Shown: piece after piece, positions 18,921-30,526 of the stretch | How the letters are laid out: each line of letters opens with the position of its first letter | Numbering within the stretch: position 1 is the stretch's first letter | Assembly (NCBI GenBank): GCA_023129115.1 | Contig: JAGMCR010000003.1 | Span: 32,001-96,000 of the forward strand | Reading direction: 5' to 3' | Length of the DNA stretch: 64,000 nucleotides | Source: Candidatus Iainarchaeum sp. | GTDB lineage: Archaea; B1Sed10-29; WALL01 | The notes under the pieces: generated by a model | What the model was told of the DNA's origin: nothing | Database searches by the model: none | The model's input: the letters and a program-made list of their open reading frames with translations, nothing else | Translations under genes and position numbers: made by a program

Positions 18921-20266
18921 AGGTGCTCCTCGTCGGGAACGGCGCGAGGGAGCACGTGATGGGAGAGGCATTGGCCAAGACTGCTGAGGTCTACTGCGTG
19001 ATGGGCGCCAACAACCCGGGCCTGGTGGCGCTGGCGGCGGGGCATGCGACGGGCAAGACAACCAACCCCGAGTTTGTGCTCAAGAAGGCCAAGGAATGGG
19101 GGGTGGACTACTGCGTTGTGGGGCCTGAGGCGCCGCTGGGGGAGGGCGTTACCGACGTACTTGAGGAAAACGGGATTCTGTGCGCGAGCCCGAGCAAGGC
19201 GGCCGCGCAAATCGAGCTCGACAAGAGCTTCTGCAGGGAGCTGATGGAAAAGCACGCGTGCCGCGGCAGGGCGGTCTACAAGGTGTTCGACAACGGGGAC
19301 GACGCCGCGGAGTTTATTGAGGTATACGACAAGCCTGTCGCGGTCAAGCCGCTTGGGCTGACCGGGGGCAAGGGCGTCAAGGTCGTTGCGGACGTGCCGG
19401 GCCAGCTCAAGACACTCGAGGCTGCCAAGAAGTACGCGAAGAAAGTAATCGAGGACGGGATTGGCGGCGGGGCCAGGGTCATAATCGAGGAAAAGCTCGA
19501 GGGGGAGGAGTTCACGATACAGGCGTTTGTTGATGGGGAATACGTTGTGCCGACGCCGGCTGTGCAGGACCACAAGTTCGCGTACGACGGCGACAAGGGA
19601 CCGTTCACCGGCGGCATGGGAAGCTACAGCAACGCGGGGATGCTCCTGCCGTTCATGAAGCAGGAGGACTACGACCAGGCAGTCGATGTTTTGCGGGACG
19701 TCGTGGCTGCGCTGAAGGCGGAAAACACGCCGTACAAGGGAGTGATGTACGGCCAGTTCATGCTTACTGGGGAGGGGCCAAAGGTCGTGGAGATAAACGC
19801 GCGCTTCGGAGACCCGGAGGCCATGAACGTCCTGCCAGTGCTGAAGACCCCTTACTGCGAGGTGTGCGAGGCCATAAACGAGGGCGAGCTCGTGAGCATC
19901 CCCCTGGAGTTCGAGCCGAAGGCGACCGTGTGCAAGTACATAGTGCCCAAGGGCTACCCCCAGAAGCCGGAGTCAGGGAAGAAGGTCAGGATAACGGGAA
20001 AGCCCAAGTCCCGGATGTACTATGCGTCGGTGGACAAGAAAAAGGATGGCATCCACATGTCGTCGAGCCGGGCGCTCGCGTTCGTCGGAATCGGCGACAC
20101 AATTGAGGAGGCCGAGGCCGTCGCCGCCAAGGACCTCTCGCTCGTCAAGGGCAGGGTGCAGTACAGGAAGGACATCGGCACGCCGGAGCTCATCCAAAAG
20201 CGGATAAGGCACATGAATGAGCTCAGGGAAGCCGTTAGGGTTATAAACCGCCCCATCACCAAATAA
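18917..20266 (+). CDS. purD: Phosphoribosylamine--glycine ligase
   Basis: GNGAREH, GPEAPL, GKGV, QDHK, TGGMG, EINARFGDPE. Confidence 0.97.
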   Translation: MKVLLVGNGAREHVMGEALAKTAEVYCVMGANNPGLVALAAGHATGKTTNPEFVLKKAKEWGVDYCVVGPEAPLGEGVTDVLEENGILCASPSKAAAQIELDKSFCRELMEKHACRGRAVYKVFDNGDDAAEFIEVYDKPVAVKPLGLTGGKGVKVVADVPGQLKTLEAAKKYAKKVIEDGIGGGARVIIEEKLEGEEFTIQAFVDGEYVVPTPAVQDHKFAYDGDKGPFTGGMGSYSNAGMLLPFMKQEDYDQAVDVLRDVVAALKAENTPYKGVMYGQFMLTGEGPKVVEINARFGDPEAMNVLPVLKTPYCEVCEAINEGELVSIPLEFEPKATVCKYIVPKGYPQKPESGKKVRITGKPKSRMYYASVDKKKDGIHMSSSRALAFVGIGDTIEEAEAVAAKDLSLVKGRVQYRKDIGTPELIQKRIRHMNELREAVRVINRPITK

Positions 20267-20282
20267 ATAGGGTGAGCCCCAA

Positions 20283-20750
20283 ATGCAAATTACGGTTATT
20301 TTAGGGTCTTCTTCTGACGCCCCAATCGCTGAAAAATGCACGAAAGTGCTTGAGCGGTTTGGGGTGGAGCACGAGGTCAGGGTTGCTTCTGCACACCGCG
20401 CGCCGGAAATTGTCAAGGAGCTTGTGGAGTCCTCGGACTCCGAAGTTTTCATCGCGATTGCTGGTTTGGCTGCGGCATTGCCGGGCGTGGTCGCGTCGCA
20501 CACCACGAGGCCGGTCATCGGAGTGCCGGTCGGCGTGAAGCTGGACGGGCTTGACGCGTTCCTCTCGATTGCGCAGATGCCCCCGGGCATACCGGTGGCG
20601 ACCGTCGGCATCGACAGGGGGGACAACGCCGCGGTGCTTGCGGTGGAGATTCTTGCGGCAAAGGACGACGCATTGAGGCAAAAGCTCGGCGAGTACAGGG
20701 AAGAAATGAAAGAAAAGGTGAAGAAGCAGGACGAGGAGATGAGGAAGTGA
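20283..20750 (+). CDS. purE: PurE (N5-CAIR mutase / AIR carboxylase)
   Basis: [31 protein letters not shown]. Confidence 0.96.
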   Translation: MQITVILGSSSDAPIAEKCTKVLERFGVEHEVRVASAHRAPEIVKELVESSDSEVFIAIAGLAAALPGVVASHTTRPVIGVPVGVKLDGLDAFLSIAQMPPGIPVATVGIDRGDNAAVLAVEILAAKDDALRQKLGEYREEMKEKVKKQDEEMRK

Positions 20751-22057
20751 TCCATCCAATCGAGTACAGGTACAGGTTCCCCGAGATGTACGCGCTGTTC
20801 GACGAGGAGTCGAAGCTGCAGAAGATGCTGCAGGTCGAAGTGGCGCTCGCGAGGGCGCACGCGCGGATTGGGGCGATACCGAAGAAGGACGCGAGGGCGA
20901 TTGCCGCCGCGGCCAAGAGGGTGAAGCTCGAGCGCGTCAAGAAAATCGAGAAGCGGACGCACCACGACGTGATGGCGGTCGCTGACGCGCTGGCCGAGAA
21001 GGCGGGCGCGGCCGGCAAGTGGGTGCACATGGGCGCCACGTCGTACGATATTGTGGACACCATGTGGGCATTGATACTAAAAGACGCCGCTGTTCTGCTG
21101 GCGAAGGACCTGAAGGCGCTCAAGAAAGAGCTGCGCAGGCTCGCGAAAAAGCACAGGAAGACCGTGATGGTCGGAAGGACGCACGGGCAGCACGCGCTGC
21201 CGATTACATTCGGGCTCAAGTGCGCGGTCTGGCTGAGCGAGGTGCAGGCGCACGAGGAGCGGCTTCAGCAGCTCCAGAAGCGCGTGCTTGTCGGAAAGAT
21301 GAGCGGCGCAGTAGGGACGTTCGCGGGGTTTGGCACCACGCGCGTACAAAAGCTTGTGATGAAGGAGCTGGGGCTCGGCGAGCCTGGGGCCACGAACCAG
21401 GTCGTGCAGCGCGAGGGCATGGCGGAGATGGTCGCGTTCACAGGAATAGTCGCGGGGACCGTCGAAAAGATTGCGAAGGAAGTCAGGAACCTCTCGCGCA
21501 GCGAGATAAAGGAAGTCGAGGAGGCCTTCGCCAAGGGGCAGGTCGGCAGCTCGACCATGCCGCAGAAGCGGAACCCGCACAAGAGCGAGAACCTGTGCGG
21601 CGTCGCGCGGGTGATACGGAGCAACGTGATGGTCGCGATGGAGAACATTGCGCTCGAGCACGAGCGCGACCTGACGAACTCAAGTGCGGAGAGGATTATT
21701 CTCCCGGAGAGCTTTGTGCTAACGGACTATTCGCTGAGGCAGATGGCATCGATACTCCATGGGCTGAATGTCTACCCCAAGAGGATGAGGGAAAACCTTG
21801 AGGCGGACGAGTACGTCATGAGTGAGTCCATCATGCTGGCGCTCGTGAAGAAGGGCGTGCCGCGGCAGAAGGCGCACGCCATGGTGAAGAAGGCGGCGAT
21901 GGCTTCGTTCACCAGGGGCAGGGATTACCGGGCCACTGTGGCGAAGGCGGCTTCGGCGTGGCTGTCGGGAAAAGAATTGGACAAGGCAATGGACCCGCAC
22001 TCCTACCTAGGCGAAAGCACGAGGGTTGTCGACAAAGTGCTGAGGGAATGCAGATGA
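20747..22057 (+). CDS. purB: Adenylosuccinate lyase
   Basis: [30 protein letters not shown]. Confidence 0.97.
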   Translation: MIHPIEYRYRFPEMYALFDEESKLQKMLQVEVALARAHARIGAIPKKDARAIAAAAKRVKLERVKKIEKRTHHDVMAVADALAEKAGAAGKWVHMGATSYDIVDTMWALILKDAAVLLAKDLKALKKELRRLAKKHRKTVMVGRTHGQHALPITFGLKCAVWLSEVQAHEERLQQLQKRVLVGKMSGAVGTFAGFGTTRVQKLVMKELGLGEPGATNQVVQREGMAEMVAFTGIVAGTVEKIAKEVRNLSRSEIKEVEEAFAKGQVGSSTMPQKRNPHKSENLCGVARVIRSNVMVAMENIALEHERDLTNSSAERIILPESFVLTDYSLRQMASILHGLNVYPKRMRENLEADEYVMSESIMLALVKKGVPRQKAHAMVKKAAMASFTRGRDYRATVAKAASAWLSGKELDKAMDPHSYLGESTRVVDKVLRECR

Positions 22058-23076
22058 GCTTGACTTACGCGGAAAGCGGCGTGGACAGGGAAAAGCGTGG
22101 CGCTGCGAAGAGCGTGTTCTCTGCGTTCGAGTCAACTTATTCGCTTTCGAAGTATGGCGCGCCGGTGGCGCTGCCGTACAACACTGTTTATCCGGTTGGC
22201 GATAAGTACAATGTGAAGACTTGTGACGGCGTTGGGACCAAGGTGATGCTGGCCGAGCTTGCTGAAAAGCATGACACGATTGGGATTGACGCAGTGGCCA
22301 TGGTCACGAACGACGCGATAAGGTGTGGCGCCGAGCCGATTGCGCTGACGAATGTCATTGACGTGAAGGAGTCGGCGGCGGAGCTGCTGGCTGCGCTGCA
22401 GAAGGGGCTGCAGAAGGGTTCAGAGCAATCGGGCTGCCCCATGGTCGGCGGCGAGACCGCGGACGTGCCCGAGCTGATGACTGCGCTCTACCACATTAAT
22501 TGTGACTGCGTTGCAGAGGTTGAAAAGAGCAACGTGGTTGACGGGAAGGGCATTGCGGACGGCGATGCTGTTGTTGGGATTCCGAGCAGTGGGCTGCACA
22601 GCAATGGAATCAGCCTCGTGCGGAGGGCATTGTTCAAGAAGTGGGGGGGGAAGTACGGCGCGCACGACAAGCCCGACGGGCTTGAGAGGGAACTGGTGTT
22701 CGAGGCGCTCGAGCCCACGCGGGTTTACGTCAAGCCGGTGCTGAAGGCGATAACAGAGTACAGCGTGAAGGCCGCGGTGCACATAACGGGTGATGCGTAC
22801 CTAAAGTTCGGGGCGCTGTTCAAGTCTTCGCCGGGGATTGGCTTTGCGTTCGACAAGTTTGAGCCACAGCCGATTTTTGGATTGATTCAGGAGCAGGGCG
22901 TTGACTGGAAGGAGATGTTCAGGACGTTCAACATGGGGTGGGGTTTCGCACTTGTCGTGCCCAGTGGAGAGGCAGACGCCGTGGCGCAGCTTGTGGGCGG
23001 CACGGAAATAGGCAAAGCGACTGGCCAAAAGGGGGAGATAAGCGTCAGTCACAACGGGAAGGAAATGAATCTTTAA
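22054..23076 (+). CDS. purM: AIR synthase
   Basis: YAESGVD, DGVGTK, GGETA, SSGLHSNG, HITG, TFNMG. Confidence 0.96.
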   Translation: MSLTYAESGVDREKRGAAKSVFSAFESTYSLSKYGAPVALPYNTVYPVGDKYNVKTCDGVGTKVMLAELAEKHDTIGIDAVAMVTNDAIRCGAEPIALTNVIDVKESAAELLAALQKGLQKGSEQSGCPMVGGETADVPELMTALYHINCDCVAEVEKSNVVDGKGIADGDAVVGIPSSGLHSNGISLVRRALFKKWGGKYGAHDKPDGLERELVFEALEPTRVYVKPVLKAITEYSVKAAVHITGDAYLKFGALFKSSPGIGFAFDKFEPQPIFGLIQEQGVDWKEMFRTFNMGWGFALVVPSGEADAVAQLVGGTEIGKATGQKGEISVSHNGKEMNL

Positions 23077-25988
23077 TGGCCACTAGGATACTCGTGAGGT
23101 TCAGGGGGCAATACCCTGACGCGAGGGCAGGTTACGTCGAGAAGAGGATAAATTCCTATCTTGGGATAAGCGCGTCGGTGGATAGGGTTGACGTCTACAC
23201 GATTGAAGAAGGCCTTGGGGGGGAAGAGCTCGAGAAGGCAGAGAGCCTGTTCGTGGACCCCGTGACGCAGGAGACACTGGCTGACGGCGACTACGAGAGC
23301 CTGGTGGAGGTTGGGTTCCTGCCAGGCGTGAAGGACACTGTTGGCGAGACGTCGAGGAAGGCGCTGTCCGAATTGGCGGGGAGGGATGTGGGCCCGATTT
23401 ACACTTCTGTCCAGTACCGGCTGAGGGGCGCCGGCAAGGAAGAGACGGAGCGCATTGCGGCAGAGCTTCTCGCAAACAGCATGATACAGCACTGGAGGGT
23501 GTTCGGCCGGGGCGAAAACGTGGAGATGCCTATCCCAAAGGTGGAGCTGGGGCACGTCGGCGAGGCAAAAGCCGTCAGCCTCGAGCTGGACGACGCCGGG
23601 CTGGAGAAGCTTAGCGCGGACTGCTCGCTTGCACTGGGCCTGGCCGACATGAAGACGATAAAGGAGTATTACTCGCGCGAGGCGGTGGGGGCAGAGCGCG
23701 CGGAGAACGGTTTGCCGGAGTCGCCCACTGACGTGGAGCTCGAGATAATCGCGCAGACGCAGAGCGAGCACTGCAAGCACAGGATATTCAACGGCAGGAT
23801 AAAGTACTCGGGGCCGGAGGGAAAAGAAGAGATTGACAGCCTCTTCAAGAGCTACATCAAGAAGTCGAGCGAAGAAATCGCGAAGCAGCGTAGGTGGATT
23901 GTCTCGATGTTCTGGGACAACGCGGGCGTGGCGTCGCTGAACGATGAATGGAATTACGTCGTGAAGTGCGAGACTCACAACAGCCCGAGCGCGCTCGACC
24001 CGTACGGCGGGGCGATTACGGGCATAGTTGGGGTGTACAGGGACCCGATGGGCACGGGCCTCGGCAGCAAGATAGTTGGGAGCACTTACGGCTTCTGCAC
24101 CGGGAGCCCATTTTATGATGGCGAGCTTAGGCCGAGGATGCCTCCGAAGCGGCTGCTGGACGGCGTTGTCGAGGGCGTCAAGGACGGCGGGAACAAGAGC
24201 GGCATCCCGACTGCGTGCGGGACAGTGTTCTTCGACGACGGCTGGCTCGGGAAGCCGCTGGTCTACGTGTCTGCGGTTGGCCTGATGCCGAAGGAAGTTG
24301 CCGGCAGGAAATCGCACGAGAAGCACATTGACTCCGGCGACCGTGTGGTGATGGCCGGCGGCAGGGTAGGCAAGGACGGAATCCACGGCGCGACCGAGAG
24401 CAGCCTCGAGGGCGGCGCGTGGATTACTGCTGGCCACGTGCAAATTGGCGACCCGTTCACGCAGAAGAAGGTGCAGGACTTCATACTGGAGGCCCGGGAC
24501 GAGGGGCTGTACAACGCAATAACTGACCTTGGGGCTGGGGGGATTTCTTCTGCGGCTGGCGAGAGCGCGTGCATGAGCAACGGGTGCACCCTGGACCTGG
24601 ACCAGGTCCCGCTGAAGTACTTGGGGCTGGAGCCGTGGGAGATACTGGTGTCCGAGTCGCAGGAAAGGATGCTGCTTGCCGTGCCGCCAAAGAACATGGA
24701 GCGGCTGCGCGAGCTTGCGGAGAGGCATGACGTCGAGATGAGCGACATCGGCGTGTTCGAGGGCACTGGAAAGTTCACTGCGCTGTACGGCGGGAAAAAA
24801 GTGTGCTTCCTGGACATGGGCTTCCTGCACGCTGGGTTCCCGCAGCTGCAGCTAGAGGCCGAGTGGGCGCCGAAGGAGTGGGACGAGCCGACGCTGCCCG
24901 AGGAGGAGCATGGCAGGCTGATTCACGAGATGGTCGCGAGGGAGAACATTGCGAGCAAGGAGTGGGTGCAGAGGCAGTACGACCACGAGGTGCAGGGCGG
25001 CAGCGTGATAAAGCCGTTCATCGGCGCGGGGAACGACGGCCCGGGCGACGCTGCTGTGCTCAGGCCTGTGCTCGACAGGAAGGAGGGGCTGGCGATTGCG
25101 GCCGGGTTCAACCCGAAGTACAGCAAGATTGACGCCTACCACATGGCCGCGCTTTCCCTGGACGAGGCGCTGCGCAAGGTGATTTCTGTGGGCGCGGCCT
25201 TGGGGCACGTGGCGCTGAACGACAACTTCTGCTGGCCCAACTCGGTTTACGACAGCGAGAAGAACCCGGACGGCAGGCACAAGCTCGCGCAGCTGGTGCG
25301 GGCGAACAAGGCGCTTTACGACTACACGACTTACTTTGGGACGCCGTGCATCTCGGGCAAGGACAGCATGTTCATTGATGGGGCGGTCAAGGACTCAAGC
25401 GGAAAGGAGCACAAGGTAAGTGGGCTAGGGGCCGTGATGTTCACTGCGGTCGCCAAGGTGAACGACGTTGAGAAGTGCGTGTCGATGGACTTCAAGGGTG
25501 GGGGGGATTACGTTTACATCGTGGGGGAGACGAACGCGGAGCTCGGGGCAAGCGAGTACTACGAGGCCCGGGGCGCCGTTGGAAATGGGGTGCCGGAGCT
25601 CGACAAGGAAAAGGCGAAGAAGAATTACGAGTCGGTGGAGGCGGCGATTGCAAAGGGGATTGTCAGGTCGTGCCACGGCTGCTACCGCGGCGGGCTCGGC
25701 GTCGCGCTCGTGATGTGCTGTGCCGCGGGGGACGTCGGCGCGGAGATAGGCCTGGACGGGCTTCCCGGTAATGCGAAAACCGTGGTGGAGAGGCTTTATT
25801 CGGAGAGCGGGGCGAGGTTTGTTGTTACTGTTGCGCCGGAGTGCGCGAGTGAGTTTGAGTCGCTTGTCGCGGATGCAAAGCGGATTGGCACGGTTGGCGG
25901 CGACTCGCTGAAGATAACTGGCGTTCTTGACGAGAAAGTGAAGGCGCTGCGCGAGAGCTGGCAAAAGACGTTCAGGGGGTTCTGGTGA
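23076..25988 (+). CDS. purL: FGAM synthase PurL with an N-terminal extension, probably fused PurS-like domains
   Basis: QSEHCKH, ETHNSPS, DLGAGG, SESQERM, QYDHEV, ISGKDS; ~970 aa. Confidence 0.95.
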   Translation: MATRILVRFRGQYPDARAGYVEKRINSYLGISASVDRVDVYTIEEGLGGEELEKAESLFVDPVTQETLADGDYESLVEVGFLPGVKDTVGETSRKALSELAGRDVGPIYTSVQYRLRGAGKEETERIAAELLANSMIQHWRVFGRGENVEMPIPKVELGHVGEAKAVSLELDDAGLEKLSADCSLALGLADMKTIKEYYSREAVGAERAENGLPESPTDVELEIIAQTQSEHCKHRIFNGRIKYSGPEGKEEIDSLFKSYIKKSSEEIAKQRRWIVSMFWDNAGVASLNDEWNYVVKCETHNSPSALDPYGGAITGIVGVYRDPMGTGLGSKIVGSTYGFCTGSPFYDGELRPRMPPKRLLDGVVEGVKDGGNKSGIPTACGTVFFDDGWLGKPLVYVSAVGLMPKEVAGRKSHEKHIDSGDRVVMAGGRVGKDGIHGATESSLEGGAWITAGHVQIGDPFTQKKVQDFILEARDEGLYNAITDLGAGGISSAAGESACMSNGCTLDLDQVPLKYLGLEPWEILVSESQERMLLAVPPKNMERLRELAERHDVEMSDIGVFEGTGKFTALYGGKKVCFLDMGFLHAGFPQLQLEAEWAPKEWDEPTLPEEEHGRLIHEMVARENIASKEWVQRQYDHEVQGGSVIKPFIGAGNDGPGDAAVLRPVLDRKEGLAIAAGFNPKYSKIDAYHMAALSLDEALRKVISVGAALGHVALNDNFCWPNSVYDSEKNPDGRHKLAQLVRANKALYDYTTYFGTPCISGKDSMFIDGAVKDSSGKEHKVSGLGAVMFTAVAKVNDVEKCVSMDFKGGGDYVYIVGETNAELGASEYYEARGAVGNGVPELDKEKAKKNYESVEAAIAKGIVRSCHGCYRGGLGVALVMCCAAGDVGAEIGLDGLPGNAKTVVERLYSESGARFVVTVAPECASEFESLVADAKRIGTVGGDSLKITGVLDEKVKALRESWQKTFRGFW

Positions 25989-26725
25989 TGGTCAAGGCAG
26001 TGGTCCTCACGGGCTACGGGATTAACTGCGACTACGAGACGACCCGCGCGCTTGAGCTGGCGGGCGCGGAGCCGGAGAGGGTTCACATTAGTTCCCTTGT
26101 GTCGAAGAGCCTTGACAGCTACCAGATACTCGTCGTGCCGGGGGGGTTCTCGTTCGGCGACGACATTGCCGCGGGGAAGATGCTCGCGAACAAAATGAAG
26201 CATGTGGCTGGCAGGCAAATCGAAAAGTTCATTACGGACGGAAAGCTCGTGATTGGGATTTGCAACGGGTTCCAGGCGCTGGTGAAGTACGCACTGCTGC
26301 CCGAGGTGGGCGAGCAAAAGGTGACGCTCACGTTCAACGGGTCCGGGAGGTTTGAGGACAGGTGGGTGCCGCTCAAGCCGGTGGGCGACAAGTGCGTTTG
26401 GACACGAGGCATCGAGGAGCTTTACCTGCCTGTGCGGCACGGCGAGGGCAAGCTCGTGGCGCCGCCCGAAGTGCTGAAGGACATAGAGGGCAGGGGCCTG
26501 GTCGCTCTGAGGTACGGCGGCTCGGGCTACCCTGACAACCCGAACGGGTCGCTGAACGACATCGCGGGGCTCTGTGACCCTAGCGGCAGGGTGTTTGGGC
26601 TGATGCCACACCCGGAGGCCTACCTGCACAGGACGAACCACCCTCGGTGGACGCGCGGGGAAAGCGGGACGCTGGGGCTTGAGGTCTTCAGGAACGCGGT
26701 GGACTATGCGGAGGCGGAATTATGA
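25988..26725 (+). CDS. purQ: FGAM synthase glutaminase subunit
   Basis: GINCD, PGGFSFGD, GICNGFQ, HGEG, MPHPE. Confidence 0.96.
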   Translation: MVKAVVLTGYGINCDYETTRALELAGAEPERVHISSLVSKSLDSYQILVVPGGFSFGDDIAAGKMLANKMKHVAGRQIEKFITDGKLVIGICNGFQALVKYALLPEVGEQKVTLTFNGSGRFEDRWVPLKPVGDKCVWTRGIEELYLPVRHGEGKLVAPPEVLKDIEGRGLVALRYGGSGYPDNPNGSLNDIAGLCDPSGRVFGLMPHPEAYLHRTNHPRWTRGESGTLGLEVFRNAVDYAEAEL

Positions 26726-27573
26726 TAGTCACCGAGACTGGCCTTGGCTTCCCAAAGAGGCGGGGCAAGGTCAGGGATGTTTATGACCTTGGGGACAAAA
26801 TTCTGCTTGTTGCGACAGACCGTGTGTCTGCGTTCGACGTCGTGTTCAAGGAAGGCATCCCGAACAAGGGGAAAGCGCTGACCGGGATTTCTAATTACTG
26901 GTTCAGACGGATGGGGGGCATCGCGAAGAACGCGAACATTGCGGAGTGGCCGGAAGAGCTCAAGACGCCGGAATTGGAGGGCCGCGCGGTGCTGCAGAAG
27001 AAGGCAGAGGTTCTTCCGCTCGAGTTCATTGTGCGTGGGTACCTGGTCGGGTCGGCGTGGAGGAGCTACAAGAAGGACGGCAAGGTGCATGGTGTTGAGT
27101 TGCCTGCCGGGCTAAAGGAAAACCAGAGGCTTGACGAGCCGATGTTCACGCCCTCCACCAAGGCAGAAGTGGGCCATGACGAGAACATTAGCATTGCACA
27201 GGCGAGGGAAATCAGTGGGTACACGGACGAGGCCATGGAGAAGTCGCTTAGGATTTACGACGAGGCGTACCGGCACGCTGAAGGCAAGGGGATAATAATC
27301 TGTGACACGAAGTTTGAGTTTGGGCTTGTTGACGGGGAGCTTGTGCTGATTGACGAGCTGTTGACGCCTGACTCGTCGCGGTTTTGGTACAAGGAGAGCT
27401 ACGAGGCGGGCGAGCCGAAGTCTATGGACAAGGAGTACTTGCGGGAGTATTTGATGGGCCTGGACTGGGACCGCAGCCCACCTCCGCCGGCACTGCCTGA
27501 TGAAGTGGTCAACGAGCTGAGCAAGAGATATACGGAGATTCACGAGGCAATAACGGGTGAGAAAATTGTTTGA
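26722..27573 (+). CDS. purC: SAICAR synthetase
   Basis: [36 protein letters not shown]. Confidence 0.96.
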   Translation: MIVTETGLGFPKRRGKVRDVYDLGDKILLVATDRVSAFDVVFKEGIPNKGKALTGISNYWFRRMGGIAKNANIAEWPEELKTPELEGRAVLQKKAEVLPLEFIVRGYLVGSAWRSYKKDGKVHGVELPAGLKENQRLDEPMFTPSTKAEVGHDENISIAQAREISGYTDEAMEKSLRIYDEAYRHAEGKGIIICDTKFEFGLVDGELVLIDELLTPDSSRFWYKESYEAGEPKSMDKEYLREYLMGLDWDRSPPPPALPDEVVNELSKRYTEIHEAITGEKIV

Positions 27574-28519
27574 CGTGAAGAAGTGGATTGCAGAAGAGGA
27601 GGACTGGATTAGGGGGGCTGTCACCGGCGAGGCCGTGATAGCGACTTCGGGGGGGGTGGACTCAACGGTCGCGGCTGTGCTTGCGCACAAGGCACTTGGC
27701 AGGAAGCTGCACTGCATTTACGTCAACACTGGCTACATGCGGAAGGGCGAGGACGAGCACGTCAGGGAATTGTTCAAGGGGCTGGAGATGGAGGTCGAGG
27801 TGGTTGACGCGGGCAAGCGCTTCTACGACGCGCTGAAGGGCGTTACTGACCCGGAGGAGAAGAGGAAGATAATCGGCGAGCTTTTCATAAGGGTGTTCGA
27901 GGAGCGCGCCAAGCAGACCGGCGCCAAGTTCCTGGTGCAGGGCACGATTGCGCCCGACTGGATTGAGAGCGGTGCGGGCATAAGGGACAATATCAAGAGC
28001 CACCACAATGTCGGGGGCCTGCCCGAAAAGCACGGGTTCAAGCTGATTGAGCCGCTTCGCGAGCTGTACAAGGACGAGGTGCGGAAGGTCGGGAAGGAGC
28101 TTGGCATCGCCGAAGAGGTGTACAACCGGCAGCCGTTCCCCGGGCCTGGGTTGGCTGTGCGGATTATGGGGGAGGCGACCCCTGATAAGGTGAAGATCCT
28201 CCAGGAAGCGGTGCACATTGCGGAAGAAGAAATTGAGCGGGCTGCGAGGCGGGGGGAGTGCGAGATTCCGTGGCAGTATTTTGCCGTGCTTTTGCCGACG
28301 AAGACTGTGGGGGTATTGGGGGACAAGCGGGCCTATGGGTATACCATTGGGGTGCGCGCGGTGCAGAGCATCGACGGCATGACCGCAAAGTATTCGGAGA
28401 TCCCACATTCCGTGCTCGCAAGGATTTCTAACAGGATTACGCGCGAGCTCAAGGACCACGTCAACAGGGTGGTTTATGACATTACGTCGAAGCCGCCGGG
28501 GACAATAGAGTGGGAATAA
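27557..28519 (+). CDS. guaAB: GMP synthase ATP-pyrophosphatase subunit B
   Basis: PP-loop [31 protein letters not shown]. Confidence 0.96.
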   Translation: MRKLFDVKKWIAEEEDWIRGAVTGEAVIATSGGVDSTVAAVLAHKALGRKLHCIYVNTGYMRKGEDEHVRELFKGLEMEVEVVDAGKRFYDALKGVTDPEEKRKIIGELFIRVFEERAKQTGAKFLVQGTIAPDWIESGAGIRDNIKSHHNVGGLPEKHGFKLIEPLRELYKDEVRKVGKELGIAEEVYNRQPFPGPGLAVRIMGEATPDKVKILQEAVHIAEEEIERAARRGECEIPWQYFAVLLPTKTVGVLGDKRAYGYTIGVRAVQSIDGMTAKYSEIPHSVLARISNRITRELKDHVNRVVYDITSKPPGTIEWE

Positions 28520-29091
28520 TGAGGATACTTGTTGTGAATTTTGGGTCGCAGTGGACGCACAGGATTTGGCGGCGGCTGCGCGACATGGGCTGCGAGACAG
28601 AAATAGTTGATGTTAGCACGCCGGTCGAAGAACTTGCGTGTGACGGCATTATTCTTTCGGGCGGTGCGATGAGCATTGGCAGTGGGGGCGAGGGGGAAGT
28701 GGGGCATGCGCACGAGTATCTTGACAAGTTGGATGTCCCGATACTCGGGATTTGCGCGGGGCAGCAATTCATCGCCCTGCACTTCGGCGGGAAGGCGCAG
28801 CCAGCAGAAAACCCGGAGTTCGGCGAGGTCGAGATAATAGTCGAGAAAGAGAATGACTTGTTCAGGGGGGTGCCCAAGCGATTCAAGGCCTGGGCGTCGC
28901 ACAACGACGAAATCACCGAGTGCCCGGGTTTTGAGATACTGGCCAGGTCCACAAAGGGCGTGAACCACGCGATGAGGCACACGGAGAACCCGATTTACGG
29001 GACACTCTTCCATCCCGAGGTTGAGCACACAGAGCACGGCGAGAGGATAATGCAGAATTTCGTCGATGTATGCCGAAAATGGAAGAAATAA
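28519..29091 (+). CDS. guaAA: GMP synthase glutamine amidotransferase subunit A
   Basis: NFGSQWTH, LGICAGQQ, SHND, FHPEV. Confidence 0.95.
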   Translation: MRILVVNFGSQWTHRIWRRLRDMGCETEIVDVSTPVEELACDGIILSGGAMSIGSGGEGEVGHAHEYLDKLDVPILGICAGQQFIALHFGGKAQPAENPEFGEVEIIVEKENDLFRGVPKRFKAWASHNDEITECPGFEILARSTKGVNHAMRHTENPIYGTLFHPEVEHTEHGERIMQNFVDVCRKWKK

Positions 29092-29116
29092 ATATAGGCT
29101 CGTTCATAGCTTTTAC

Positions 29117-30526
29117 ATGGGGTTCAAGGAAAAACTTGAGGCGGCGAAGGAGTCCTTCGCTTTTGACGACTTTTTGCTGATTCCTAATTTTACCACTGTC
29201 AATCCGGCAGAGGCCAATACTTCCACCAAGGTCGCCGGCATACGCCTCGCCATCCCAATACTCAGCGCTGCGATGGACACGGTGACAGAGTCGTCCATGG
29301 CCATCGAGCTGGCTCGCAGGGGAGGGCTCGGCGTGGTCCACCGTAACTTCACGATTGAGGAGCAGGTCTCCGAAGTGACGCGGGTCAAGCGCGCGGAGTC
29401 AGTCATTATCCAGGACGTCAAGACCATTCCGCCGGGAATCACGCTCCGCGAAATCCGTGACCTGTCGCGCGAGCTTTCGTTCTCCACTTTTCCCGTGGTG
29501 GACAATGGGAAGCTCGTTGGGATTATAAGCAACCGGGACGTGCAGTTCGAGCGCGACGAGACGAAGAAGGCGTCCGAGCTGATGACCAAGGAATTGATAA
29601 CCGCCGCAGAGGGCACGCCCCTCGAGAAGGTCACCGAGCTCATGCACAAGAACAGGATTGAGAAAGTGCCGGTCATGAAGGGGGAGAGGCTCGTCGGCAT
29701 CATAACCGTGCGCGACATCCTCTCGCGCAAGGAGTACCCCCAGGCAACGCGCGACAAGGAGGGCAGGCTCATGGTCGCGGCCGCCACAGGCCTTGACATG
29801 AAGCGCGTGGAAGCGCTTGTCAAGGCAGAGGCCGACCTGATAGTCATCGACACTGCGCACGGCCACAACACTGCCGTGGTCGAGTTCACGAGGAAAGTGA
29901 AGAAAGAGTTCGGGTGCAAGGTGTGCGCGGGCAACATATCCACGCCCGAGGCAGCCAAGGACTTGATTGCCGCGGGGGCGGACTCCCTCAAGGTGGGCGT
30001 CGGGCCCGGCTCGATTTGCACTACGAGGGTTGTCGCCGGCGTCGGCGTCGCGCAGCTGACTGCTGTGGCAAACGTTGCGGACGTGGCTGGCGACATAAGC
30101 GTGATTGCGGACGGCGGCATAAGGAATTCTGCTGACGTGGCAAAGGCCATCGCAATCGGGGCCAATGCCGTGATGGTGGGCAACCTGCTGGCCGGCACGG
30201 ACGAGGCGCCGGGCGAAATCGTTGTGAGGGACAACAAAAAGTACAAGCGATACCGGGGAATGGGCTCCAGGAAGGCTGTTGCGGACAGGTATTTCCAGGA
30301 GCAGTCGAAGTTCGTGCCCGAGGGCGTCGAGGGGCTGGTGCCGTACAAGGGCCGGGTGAAGGACATACTGAACTCGCTTGTCGGCGGGCTCCGCTCGTCC
30401 ATGGGCTACACCGGCGCGAAGAACCTGAAGGAGATGCAGCAGAAGGCGCGGCTAATCAAAATTACTTCTGCGGGCGTCATCGAGAGCGCGCCGCACGACC
30501 TTGACTATGTGGAGGAAAGCGAATGA
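29117..30526 (+). CDS. guaB: IMP dehydrogenase with CBS pair
   Basis: SAAMDTVTE, DTAHGH, VGVGPGSICTTR, ADGG, YRGMGS. Confidence 0.97.
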   Translation: MGFKEKLEAAKESFAFDDFLLIPNFTTVNPAEANTSTKVAGIRLAIPILSAAMDTVTESSMAIELARRGGLGVVHRNFTIEEQVSEVTRVKRAESVIIQDVKTIPPGITLREIRDLSRELSFSTFPVVDNGKLVGIISNRDVQFERDETKKASELMTKELITAAEGTPLEKVTELMHKNRIEKVPVMKGERLVGIITVRDILSRKEYPQATRDKEGRLMVAAATGLDMKRVEALVKAEADLIVIDTAHGHNTAVVEFTRKVKKEFGCKVCAGNISTPEAAKDLIAAGADSLKVGVGPGSICTTRVVAGVGVAQLTAVANVADVAGDISVIADGGIRNSADVAKAIAIGANAVMVGNLLAGTDEAPGEIVVRDNKKYKRYRGMGSRKAVADRYFQEQSKFVPEGVEGLVPYKGRVKDILNSLVGGLRSSMGYTGAKNLKEMQQKARLIKITSAGVIESAPHDLDYVEESE

